DNA of 61,507 bases, counting the filler, from Hausera hauseri (Eukaryota): the NCBI GenBank assembly GCA_046269625.1. It is 12 parts of 12 records of this genome, joined end to end, with 100 filler letters (N's around TTAATTAATTAA, not from the genome) between each part and the next. Parts side by side here need not be neighbours in the genome. Positions count along the whole stretch, not along the records: positions 11,909 to 16,209 come from JBJURY010647997.1; positions 16,310 to 20,371 come from JBJURY010786201.1; positions 20,472 to 24,735 come from JBJURY010669108.1; 9 more parts are not named here. One strand, given 5' to 3'. The position numbers and the translations under genes are program-made. The notes under the pieces are model-generated. The model was not told the origin of the DNA. It searched no databases and saw only the letters and a program-made list of their open reading frames with translations. Positions 11,909 through 23,226 of this stretch are shown in pieces. Positions within the stretch are counted from its first letter, which is position 1, and every line of letters starts with the position of its first letter.

Positions 11909-13253
11909 ATTGAGCTCATTCAGGATCCTGAAATTTATCAGTTCTTTCAATTTGGTATTCGCGGTGGTATGACTTTTGTAAATAAGCATAAGGTTACCAC
12001 TGATGAAAACACTAGTCTCTTGTATATAGATGTAAATAATTTGTACGACTGGGCTTTATCTCAACCTTTGCTATTTGCAAATTTCATTTTATGATGAAGA
12101 TAATTTAAATAGTCTCATTGAGTAATTGCCCTTTATTGACACTGTTAAAGAAAAATGAGGTTTAGTAATTGAGGTTGATTTAAGCATTCAGGCTGACAAA
12201 CATGATAAATTAGACCAACTGACTTTAGCTCTAATCAATCAGTGCCCTCCTGGTTCCGAAGTAAAAAAATTGTTGCTGACACATGAGCGTAAGTCTAACT
12301 ATGTTATTCACTATTGGTTATTACAGCTGTACATCGAGTTAGGCACTATAGTTGAAAAGGTACATAGGGCTGTTGAGTTTGACCAGGGTTATGTTTTTAA
12401 GGATTACATCGATATAAATACTGCTAAGAGGGCTGCAGCAAATATATCTTTTGAAAAAGACTTTTTCAAGCTTAAGAACAACAGCTTATACGCCAAAACT
12501 GTTGAGAATCTTTTAAAGAGGTCCAACTTGAGACTATGTAATAATGCTAAGAGGCTTATTACATACGCCAAAAAGCCACAGTTTAAAGAGAGCATTATTA
12601 CAGATAATGACCTGGTTGTCGTTCTTTTCGATAGAGACATAGTCACCTTAGATAGTCCCTCATATATCAGTCAGGCCGTATTTGATCTGTCCAAGTTGCA
12701 TATGTATGACCTGAATTATATAGAGTTGGAGACATATAGACAACAGTTTAGTCGTGAACCTAATATCGTTGACGGTGACATAGACAGCTTTTTCGTCGAA
12801 TGCCGTGGTGTTGATTTTAGATCACAACTTTTACCGGCAATAATAGTAAACGAGTAGTTGGACACTTCAAACTATGATATATATGATTCGTTGTACTCGA
12901 TTTGTTTCGCAGCCAAAATTGGGAAATTTAAAGACAAGGGCAAGGGCAGCGTTCAGTATTAAGAGGCAATTTTCCTACGGCCCAAATCATATGTCCTGAA
13001 AACCCAAACAAAACCAGTCCTCAAATGTAAAGAGATCAATCTCAAGCATACAGACTTGCAGTTCAGTAACTACCTACAAGCTTATGAAACCCGTTGCAGC
13101 ACCATGGTGGATCAGGAGCGAATTGGCAGTAAAAACTACCAGCTGATGACATTCAGTTTAAAAAGGGAAGCATTGGACCCGTTCGACGACAAGCGCCAGT
13201 GGATTGAGAAAAAACGGAGTGTTGCATACGGACATTATTGTATAAATATGTGA
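11909..13253 (+). pseudogene. Polinton/Maverick protein-primed DNA polymerase B, C-terminal half, degenerate
   Basis: GIRGGMTFV; LYIDVNNLY (motif A); KDFFKLKNNSLYAKTVEN (motif B); DGDIDSFF (YGDTDS-like); LRPKSY; ALDPFDDKR; AYGHY stop; AATAAA ~13284. Confidence 0.9.
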
Positions 13254-13699
13254 ACATTTTCTATGTGCATATTTTTGTATATCAATAAAAGTTTTAAATC
13301 ACTCTAATATTTTATTACTTTGGCTCTGTTCTAGGGGTGGGAATAGTGAAACCACGATCACGCCAGAAATCCCTTTGTTCACTACCCAAATTTAAAATAA
13401 TTTTTACACGCCAAATTCAAATTTTTTAAACCACTTCGATTCCATACAGTATGCGTGCTTGTGTGTATCACTCTCACCACCGTGTGCCGCCCATCTGCGC
13501 CTTTTTACCGTGTGCGTGTATCGCTTTTTTCTACCCCATGACTCATCCCGAACTCCTTCTCTCCTTCCTTCCTTTTGGGGGGTATTGGCGCAGTGTGCTC
13601 ACTTCTACCTACTAGCCGGAAAAGTGAAACATGCCAAAAGTATATTTTCTTTATCAATTGCTATGGTAACGAGATATACATAGCAACACTAGGAGCTCA

Positions 13700-13770
13700 A
13701 TAGACCTGCTCCAAGTTCAGATCTAAATCCAATCGACAATATCCGGATATTTATGAAACGGAAGTTTAAA
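13700..13770 (+). mobile_element. Small Tc1 transposase fragment
   Basis: Translates RPAPSSDLNPIDNIRIFMKRK (WPxxSPDLNPIENxW-like). Confidence 0.5.
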
Positions 13771-15581
13771 TCATATGGTGGAAAATGTGTCAGCTACTCA
13801 GTGTCACATTGTGGCTTTTCTGTCGAACAAAGGAACATTGAATGCTTTGAGTGGTCAGTGTCGGGGACAATGAACTATAGACTTGTTTCTTTTAAAATAC
13901 TGTTCAATCCTCACTAATTCCGTTGGGAGAGACTTGTATATTAATGATTACTCAATGGGAAGAACAAATATGATTGCTACTTTATTTAGGCGCTACGAGT
14001 GGGTTTGCAGAGGTAGAATATCAGGTCCTTACCTAACTAACAGTAGGTAATGTGTAGGGATCAGTCCTCCTTAGTTATTGCTTACTTACTACGGTTTAGT
14101 TTTCTATATTACTTGGGCGGTCGTCAGGTAGTTTTGACCTGGTCGACCAAAGTTACCACTTTGTTGAACAATTAATTAGATTATTCAAATTATCTACGTG
14201 TGTCGTATGTAATATACCAATTAGTCACAATAATTAATATAATTGATACTCAAAATATAACATAAAATACAAAATACTCACGCGAAGACATGAGGTTTCA
14301 GAAATTATCAAAAAGGAAAAAATTGTTCTTACCATGAAATGTCACTGGTTTATAGTGTTTTGTATTACACACTATTACAAATAATCATACAAATCAATAA
14401 AATAATTTTCATGCTGCACAAAAGAATGTCAGGCATTTTTATAAATGTTAGATGCAGATAACATAGATAAAATTTTCAGTTCGTATTTCAGTTTGTTAAT
14501 TGACTATTTTATTTTTTTGGCTTATTTATGTACTAGGCTTCAATAATTTATTACAGATTGATACTCAGCTATCATATTGATATAGCGCACAAATTTATGA
14601 GTGAAATGGAATTATGGTATCTACGTTTTGCTTCATTCATTGATAGTTTTATGGTCGTTAAGTAGAATCAGTTAGATATCATACCGTTTTTTATGATAGA
14701 CTGTTTTTTGCGTGAATTATATGGTCAAATTGGTATGTTCAATTTACCAACTTAAATACATGGCCAGACTTTTGGTATTTATTGATTATTTATTTGAACA
14801 GGAAAGTAAACGAATAGAAAATTGGAATTTACAGGCTATGTAGTGGCGGTGTTGGTATTTTAGAAGTAGTTAGTAGTAGTTGTCATCCGTTCATAGAAGA
14901 TCCAATATCTGCTGTTATGGTTGCTGGATGTTGGATTTCCGAGTGGTTTATAGACCACTGGGTGTCTCATTCATTTTAAACTCATTGCGCCCTACCGATA
15001 TTTCCATGGGCAGATCTTAGATCGCACATAGAGTCTGGTGAGTAGTACATATTATTTTGGTGATCTTGATGACATGTTTATGATTTAATACAAGGACATT
15101 TCTTGGATTCTATAGACGCCTTTTTGCAGCTTCCAGGGTACCACTCATTTATTTTATTGGCTGAAGTAATTAGCGCAAAAATAAGAGAAATATATGCTCG
15201 GAAAATATGAGGAAACATGGTTACAGTTGAGAGAAAAAATAATGTGAAGGGAGTTTTAATTACATTGGATGTCAAAAGTCCTATTAACAGTACTCGCGTT
15301 AGTGACATCGTTCAGTACTCACTTTGCTCTGGCGTCTTGTTTGTTATCAAGTAGATTCTGTAAAAATTCTCGAGTCTTAAGACATAACTATAAAAGTCTA
15401 GTATATCCGTGGAACTTCATCTTTTTAGATGAGTCTTTGGTTTTACGGTCTCTTAGAATTTCTCAGTGAATTAGTCAAGAAAATGTAAGCATTCAGGAAA
15501 CTATGATTTCGGTACTTTGCATTTTACTCGAATTTCATTTTGAACTACTCCGTGAAAAATACTAATAGATTTATCTAGCAA

Positions 15582-16198
15582 AGAAACGAATTTTACTGTA
15601 AATCTGGGTTTTTATAATAAATAGTCAGAGAGATGTGCAAAATATAATGCTGATTAATAATATGAAAATAATTTTTGCCAAGAAATCCAAAATAACGCAT
15701 TTGGAGCCTTTAAATGTAATAACATTTCGCACTTATTCAAATCGCCTCTTTTACAAAATGTTCATTATTTTTCTCGAGCTAACATTCTTTTAATATTCGA
15801 TTTATAGTGTTTCTTTGATGTTCTGACGAAATAAAAAATATTCATAGAATATAGTCTCTGGTCATGTTTACAGACAAAATTTATACGCGATGGAATATGC
15901 TATTGTGAATTAAACCAATACATTTTAGATTGACAGAACATCAAGAAAACATAAATCAAATATTAAAAGAATATTATCAGGAGAAAAGTAATGAAAATTT
16001 TGTAAAAGTTCAAAATTCCTAAACATTGTGGGGTAGATTTCAACAAGTGCGAAATACTGTTACATGTAAAGACTCCAAAAACGTTATTTTGGCTTTCTCG
16101 GCAAAAATATTTTTCATATTATTAATCAGCATTACATTTTTGTACATTACATTTTGATTAATTGTTATAAAAAACCAGATTTCAGTAAAATTCGTGTC
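15582..16198. repeat. Long imperfect inverted repeat (foldback/MITE-like), same family as the DTL intron repeat
   Basis: Left arm (CGAATTTTACTGTAAATCTGG...TAATGCTGATTAATAATATGAAAA...TTTCGCACTTATTCAAATC) mirrors right arm (...CAACAAGTGCGAAA...TTTTCATATTATTAATCAGCATTA...CCAGATTTCAGTAAAATTCG). Confidence 0.85.
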
Positions 16199-17098
16199 CT
16201 TCTAAGTGTNNNNNNNNNNNNNNNNNNNNNNNNNNNNNNNNNNNNNNNNNNNNTTAATTAATTAANNNNNNNNNNNNNNNNNNNNNNNNNNNNNNNNNNN
16301 NNNNNNNNNAAATACACGTCAAATATAGAAAGAATATCAAACCCTATTTCCCAATTAGAATTGTTCAACCTACAGACAACCATAGTTTTACAATCACTGT
16401 TCGAAAACAGGGAGAAAATAAGACAAAATTACCAGCAAGAACACCGAAATTCCTAGAAGAACGAAAAAAAGAATTAAAGCCAGAAACAATAGTGAAGAAA
16501 CAAAAATTGGAAGAAAAACCTCAGCCAAAGAAAACGCCATCTATTTATAACTATTTATTCAAAAAAAGAAAAACAAAAGAATGAAAACCAACAAATGGAA
16601 CAAAGCACCTCTCAAAAGGCTAAGTGCGTAAAGAAAATTAGTAAATCTATGATAACCGAAATCAATGTTCTATTAGGAAAAAAGTCCGAAGAAAATGTCC
16701 ACCACAAAACAACTCAAGACTACCAAAGAATGCTGATACCTACCGAATATTGTGGCAAAAAATGATTAAAGAAGCCATGTTTTACATCAAAATTGCTCCA
16801 GTCAGAAAATTTTCGAAAATAAATATATCTGGGAAAACACTAAGTTAGGAAATTATTTCACCTCAGTCTTCCGCTCAAAAAGGACAAGGAAAATAATAAT
16901 TCCAGTAGACAAGCAAATTCCGGTACTACTAAAGAAGCAATATCAAAAATATCGAATAGAAGGAAAAATTCCAGATTTAGATCGAGATCTTATGGCGGAC
17001 TGGACATTAATACAAGTAACTGTGACCCATGGAAAAGTTCCATTAACCCCAAGTAGAAGGTAATCCACGGATACCTGTATCAAGACGGAGATGGTCTT

Positions 17099-17458
17099 GT
17101 GTTCGAACCGATTGAATTAACGATCCAGGTAGACTTGGATAGAGACGATTGGGACAAAGAAGATAATGAATGCCCTGTGTGCTATGCCAATCTGAGGCAA
17201 GGCTATGTGGTATTGGATAATAAAGTTTGCCGCCACAAATACTGTCGCGATTGTCTGGAGAAATGGACGCTCGACAATGGAAAAACGACGTGCCCAGTGT
17301 GTCGTGCAGAAGCCACTGAATTGAAATACTACTCAGACGGAAGTTACATCCAAGTTGTTCGAATCAAACCCTATCATAGTTACAATCTGGAGACGAGCCC
17401 ATTAACCAGTCAAGGCCAATTAGATTCCCAAACGGACCTACCAGAAAGAATCGATTGA
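17099..17458 (+). CDS. C3HC4 RING-finger domain (putative E3 ligase), probably the C-terminal part of a longer frameshifted ORF
   Basis: CPVC-x15-CRHKYCRDC-x3-W-x8-CPVCR: complete C3HC4 ligand set plus the conserved Trp and terminal CPxCR. Confidence 0.88.
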   Translation: MFEPIELTIQVDLDRDDWDKEDNECPVCYANLRQGYVVLDNKVCRHKYCRDCLEKWTLDNGKTTCPVCRAEATELKYYSDGSYIQVVRIKPYHSYNLETSPLTSQGQLDSQTDLPERID

Positions 17459-17533
17459 GACAACCTAGAACATTGGGCGCTACCTCTTCTGACGTAATAG
17501 GCTCCTTCGAGGATGCTGCTCAGGGAGGAGAGA

Positions 17534-18244
17534 TGTAATGATCAGACGATGATGCACTAGACCGGATTACGGCCGAAAATAATATAAATATTAGTGTATA
17601 AACTCGGGTTATTTTAAAATTGTCGATTGTTAAAATATTTTTAAAATTGAATCATAATGATTGTACTGGAATTTGCGAATGATAAAATTATAAGAATATC
17701 CATGATTGAATTGCAAATGTAAGAAATGTAAATATAATTAGAAGTATTACAAATAAATCGAACAAGTTTCGGACCTGCTACTATATAAGCAGATCGTGAA
17801 CCATCAGAAAGACAGATAACTAGCTGACGACCTTAGAGCATTCGGAACAAACAAATCAAATTCATTGTATTATTGACTATTTCTTGGATTGACTTGAACT
17901 GAATTGTGATTGATCGAGAACTTGTGGTTGTATTCAGAAATAAAGGTGAATTATATTTGGTTGTATTTTAAATTTCCTTATATAGTTTCGCATCGTCTCT
18001 TAAAGACGATTTGACTTCCCTAAGGTTAAAATAAACTTAAAATCAATAGTTAGGACGAGAACTATCTAAATTAAGACAGTCATTCATTGCAGACAGTACA
18101 AGCATCACACTAAATAGAACGAAAATTATAAGGTACAAACAGACTTTTCGAGAACGAATAGTCCGAACCTGCTCAAGAAGGAATTAATCTATTAGAAAAA
18201 CATTGTTATAGTGGGAGACGGTAAGGGCCACCCCAACTGTAACA
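17534..18244 (+). repeat. LTR (~711 bp) of RING-encoding element
   Basis: Directly after PPT; TGT...ACA termini; TATATAA ~17782; AATAAA ~17938; shares motifs with 42372-43110. Confidence 0.8.
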
Positions 18245-19834
18245 ATAGTATCTCAATTCCAATGACGTCAAAATTCACAGATGAAGAAAAAGTCTGAAAG
18301 GAATTACTTAGATGTTTTTGGGTTTACCATAGTAAGTGTTAAAACATTAGTATTATTGGAAACGCTCCGTATACCATTGGAAATTCTGCATGGCGTAATA
18401 AACATGCTAGCCTCACGAAACACTAGAGATTTGAAGAAGGTAACGAAAACCGACTTTGTCTTATCAAATTACCATATGTATATGGAATAAAAAGATTCAT
18501 AAAAAGTGCTGAAGCCATAACGGAGGTAATAATTCCTATTTATCAAACCTTAAAGAACCAATGTTATAATGAAACATACATAATGGAATGGAAACTGCAT
18601 GCCAACAACATGATACATAATGGTTACTTTCAATAAAGTAAATGTCCAATATCATGAAAATTATGTATCAGAAAAATTACGGCTGAGAAAAATCCAATTC
18701 AACAACAAAAAGTATATACTACAAAGTACCTGAAAAGATATGTGGAAACTATGTTAACTATAAAACATATAAGGTTGTCTATCATTTTTTATGAAAACAC
18801 CAATAGAACAGTAAATGTTATCTACATACAGCAAAGAACATCATCATTATATGACAATTTGATAATATCTAACCATGAAATCGGAAATATCATCATATTA
18901 ATATATAGACATCAAAAATGCAATACTCTTCTTGCCATCATCTTTGTAGTAGATTTTGAATTTCTTCAAAAAACTAATTATGAAATCATTCAAACAGATC
19001 AACCAATCCAAATACAAATGAAAAACAAATTATATCCTAACCAAGGAATAGAAAAATTCTAGAAATGAACGAGGCAGGACGAAATATAAAAATGATATTG
19101 TACAAAGGTCTCCATGGATAAGTACTTGAGAGTTTATATGGACCTAACAAAATCCATGAATCAAAACAAATGCACCCCTGTCAAACGACTCTAGGAATAG
19201 ACAGAAAATAAGTAAACAAACACCCATTCAAGTAGCCCCAGCCAACATTCAACGAAGACAAGAAAATAGAAAATAAAATTTTTGACAATGTTATTTATGC
19301 TAAAACGTTTGCTTATACTATCTACTCTGTCTTTATTTTGTTTCAAAAACACTGATCATCATGTGATTATTTTTCATGTATTTCAATTCTTATTTATGCT
19401 TCACTGACAAGTATAACACAGTTTTGTTGAACAAAAAAAATTTTTTATGGAGGAAGATGTTGGGATGCGAAATTCAAGATTTAAATATGACTTGAAAAAT
19501 CAGTTCAATCATTCATTTTCTTTATATTTTCATTTTGATTATAGTTTTGTTAGTACAGCCAACGCCGAACCGACGTTGAATAATTAATGAACGCTGAATA
19601 ATTAATGATGCAGACACCGATAATCTAAATAATTTAGTATAGCTGACGCCGATAATACAAAAATTAATGAAACATTGTTTCTTGGTCTAGACGACTTTAA
19701 TTTACATTACCTATTTATTAGTGTCATTATTAGTAGATTTTGTCATAAAGTATTGCTGAAGATTAAATCTATTTCATTTGAATTTTAATTCCTTTCCTAG
19801 AGTAATTTTTAAATAAATAATAAGATTTACGTAT

Positions 19835-20065
19835 AGCAATAAGGAAAGTAATATAATACGGACCCACTTTTCCATACACCGGACAGTAAAACCCGGTCGT
19901 TAAAATATTAAAGGGGGAGTCATCGGTTTGCGTCCTGACGAGACTCACACAGTAAGGTCAATTAAACTTAATAAGAAGTAGAGATTATAGCAGACCCTAC
20001 AGGCTGCTGTTGACCAAAAGAAANNNNNNNNNNGACCAATTATTTTACAACCTATAAACTTATCA
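19835..20065 (+). repeat. Solo LTR of the Met-PBS family (contains 10-N gap)
   Basis: Shares CCGGACAGTAAAA.CCGG, CCTGAC.AGACTC and GACCAAT...AAACT.ATCA with 26884-27173; similar to the reverse complement of 24903-25198. Confidence 0.7.
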
Positions 20066-20701
20066 GTTTCATGTTCAAGTTTTAACAAGCTATGAAAAAT
20101 TTAAATATAATTTCTAAATCCAACGTAAACCTAACTGTTGAAGTTAAGCTGGTGATTCAACATTAATCTGAAGCTGAAATCAGTAGTTTCTAAAAACGGT
20201 GACTAAAATCTTTTTGATCAGTAACGTAAAAATTTTGAATGAGTCAATTATACAGTCTAGAAATTTATAAAATTTGACTCTCAACTCAACATCTATAAAG
20301 AATTCTATAGTTTAAACTTACGATAATCATAAAACTTAAGTTTTAGCCACCTTTCGAAATTTTAAAACCCCNNNNNNNNNNNNNNNNNNNNNNNNNNNNN
20401 NNNNNNNNNNNNNNNTTAATTAATTAANNNNNNNNNNNNNNNNNNNNNNNNNNNNNNNNNNNNNNNNNNNNCAATACAAGTTCGATTGATAAGTCTCTCC
20501 AAACTCGAATTAGTGAGGATTGAACAATATGATCGTTGAAAAATTCCGTATGCTTGAATGGAATTGATTAAAGAGATGAAAGATTATTCGATTTTAATAA
20601 ATTCGTTTTTGTCGGAACGATGGTTTTGTTTCCAAGGATATTTTAATAAACAGGACGACATGGTACTTTGTTATTCTTTGTCAATCCAGTGACGTTTTGT
20701 G

Positions 20702-21276
20702 CTATTCGACTAACGTTACAAATATTGTTTTTCCATTTGAAATTATCATCCCGTGCTTGATTTCAGATGTAAAATTTGATGACTCGGATCTTTCTTTTCG
20801 TTTTTCATTGGGGTAAAAAACTGGATGTTTCAGTTGTTGAATATTTCTCATATTCGAAGGGCTGCGATTCGATGACGGGCTAAGTGTAGATGAATGTCGC
20901 TGATCAGAAGGAATCAACAGTGTGCTTAGAACGAATTCCGTCAACTGCTTTATTATTAAGAAATGTTTCCAATGCAAAATTGTAGCAGCTCTAACCTCGG
21001 GGCTCACATCTTTCAAATAGTTAAACAACTTATCATGAATCTGCTATCTGTGCTGTTTCCTAAAAGGAAAATGTTCTGAAACTTTGTTTCGCCATTGTGA
21101 AGTACTGGTAAATCATCTGCCATGTAAGGTAAAATAAGTGAAACTGATTTCTTACTTAAGATATCCTTGTTTTTTTTCTGCAACTCTTCATCTGACAAGA
21201 GACCATAATTATCCCGATTCATTCTTGAATAGTACATCGCCATTGCTTTAAATCGTTCTGGCAATCTTTCGTTCAA
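20702..21276 (-). pseudogene. Unassigned frameshifted coding-like fragment
   Basis: Two overlapping ORFs (21013-21276, 20702-21028) with protein-like composition; no recognisable motif. Confidence 0.3.
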
Positions 21277-21392
21277 TCAAGTGGATTAAACTCTCGAGAC
21301 GCAGAATCGGACCCGACTATAAATCCGGCGCGGCGATAACGGAACGCCCGGCCGTGCCCAATCAAAATGGGCCAATGGGCGCCGGTCGTAAT

Positions 21393-22230
21393 GGGCACAA
21401 CATCACCCCCCCCGTGTCGAAGTTGAAACTATAAAAGTGCAAAATAGAGAGAAACAAAAAGAACCAAACGGAAAAATGCCTGTATCAATTGGTCTTAGTG
21501 TGAACAAGACGTTGGATGCCTTCTGCTGATTTTCCCTGCTGTACTTACTAAATGTGACTCTGTGTGCTTTGTCTGTATGCCGTGCTTTTGCTTGCAGAGT
21601 TTGAAGTTGGGGAAAAAATTGTCAGATTTTGTTATAGGTGTTGTGTCTTGCAAAGACAAGTTAGAATAAAGAGGAGAAAAAAGTAAAGGAAAAAAATAGA
21701 TTGTTGAAAACGGGCGGTTGAAGGTGTACAAGAGAATGTTAGAAGACAAGGGATTGGCAAAAGACGTACTGGTGGATGAAGAAGGAGGGACAGAAATGGG
21801 AGTAGGGATTGGAATTGTATTAGACTAAAGAGTAGAAGTAGAAAGTGAAACAGAGGTAGTAGTAGAGATAGGAACAGCAATAGGAGTAGAAGTGGAAAGT
21901 GAAAAAAATGATGAAGCTAAACTAGAAGCAAAAGGAGGAGGTAGAACAAGTGTATCAACAGATATAGGAACAGCAGGAAGTGCAGGAGTAAGAAAAGGGC
22001 TCGACGTGTCGACTGGTGAAGTGTCGTCGACGAAAAAGGCAGGCTTTAAGTTGGTACTATTCACTGTAAATTCTTTGCCATCTTTAGAAATAATAACGTT
22101 ATGTGAATGTAGTTGGACCAGTTTATCGGGCCCCAGATACCGCGTCTGAAAATCGCACGGCGTGTGATTTTTTAGTCATACGAATTTTGTCAAATACAAG
22201 TCTTCGGGTGAATATGTTTTGTCTTTATGG
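21393..22230 (-). mobile_element. CsRn1-like Gypsy 3' end (copy B): integrase tail and PPT
   Basis: NLKPAFFVDD, Ser/Pro/Thr-rich tail, RVTFS, then G-run PPT (21406-21413) and TGTTGTGCCC. Confidence 0.85.
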
Positions 22231-22851
22231 AGTGTTGTAGTTAGTTTGCAATCGTATACCATGTGCCACATCTGTAGAGTAATTAGCAACTACAGAAAAT
22301 ATCAAATTTATCACCGCCTTTTGTTGGTGCATGGAAAGAGCGTTTAGTACATTCCGACGCACAAACCACGTCTCTTTATCGTTAGGTAAAATGAATTTTG
22401 CCTAATTTGTTACGACCGGTATTGTAAAATTCTTTCCTTTTCTTTCGGAGAAATATGTAAAAATAAAATTCATTTGCAATATCAAAAGTTTATATTCAAA
22501 CGTTCAAAAAATTCAAAACTTTCTATTTCTAGATATCGAGTCTTTTAAACAACATGGTAAAACAATACCAAAATAATATGACATCCGGCTCTCGCTCATA
22601 AAACCTGCGCGGTCGTTAAATGTAACAGTTTCCGTAATCAGCATAATTACCATTAATTTTCATCCAATGCTAAAAATCCAATGTAACAAAATGAATAATG
22701 TCCAAATGTCAACATGTTATACTTGACTTCAATTACCGAAATGTTTATTTATTAATTTATACGCTACTTACAAATTGTCAGTAGACTCTATTTGGCCAAA
22801 TACGCAAATCACCCGATCAGCGTTAACCGTTTGTCGTCGTCTGTTCAATAG

Positions 22852-23226
22852 TAAGTAGTATATTCAAAATTTTGAAGAGTGTATTCAAATTTTAAAATCA
22901 GTCAATTGGGATTTAAGTAAAGCTGTTGAAAATTTAGGCCAACTTAGTGAATTTTCTGTTTCTGCAGTGAAATCAAGTATTCTATTGAGTCAATCATCAA
23001 ATCGATCAAGATATTTAGTTTTAAATGTCAATATTAAAGGCCAAAATGTGGAAATTACTGTTTCAGAAAACCAAACCGTTGGTGATGTTGCCAAAGCAGC
23101 AGCATTATATATCAACGATCCAGAATGTTTACTCAAAATCAATGGTCTAAAACTCCATACGATGACAATACAGTTTTAAAAACCATGAAGTTACCAAGTC
23201 ATAATAACGTTGTTGCTATTCCTGTT
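22852..23226 (+). pseudogene. FAF1: FAS-associated factor 1 N-terminal fragment (UBA-like plus first ubiquitin-like domain), frameshifted and truncated
   Basis: IQNFEECIQILKSVNWDLSKAV resembles the FAF1 UBA (IENIDEAITLLEQNNWDLVAA); RYLVLNVNIKGQNVEITVSENQTVGDV...then, after a shift, DDNTVLKTMKLPSHN resembles FAF1 UBL1 (EDSTVLKSLHLPKNN). Confidence 0.72.

Larger units (their letters stand above)
16310..18244 (+). mobile_element. 3' part of an LTR retrotransposon carrying a RING finger (copy 1): integrase-like tail, RING ORF, PPT, 3' LTR
   Basis: HVKYRKNIKPYFP at contig start resembles an integrase C-terminus; PPT AGGGAGGAGAGA 17522-17533; LTR TGT...ACA 17534-18244; architecture matches copy 2. 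Confidence 0.8.

Noticed and set aside
18250-19260. A-rich decayed coding-like tract after the LTR
   Set aside because: No diagnostic motif could be reconstructed
19930-19965. CTGACGA-GAC...GTC as a hammerhead ribozyme (retrozyme-like LTR with Met PBS)
   Set aside because: The required GAAA after stem II is absent in all three copies, and CTGAC instead pairs with upstream GTCAG/ATCGG in a simple hairpin
22578-22740. KTCAVVKCNS as the start of a THAP domain
   Set aside because: Too short and interrupted by stops to support
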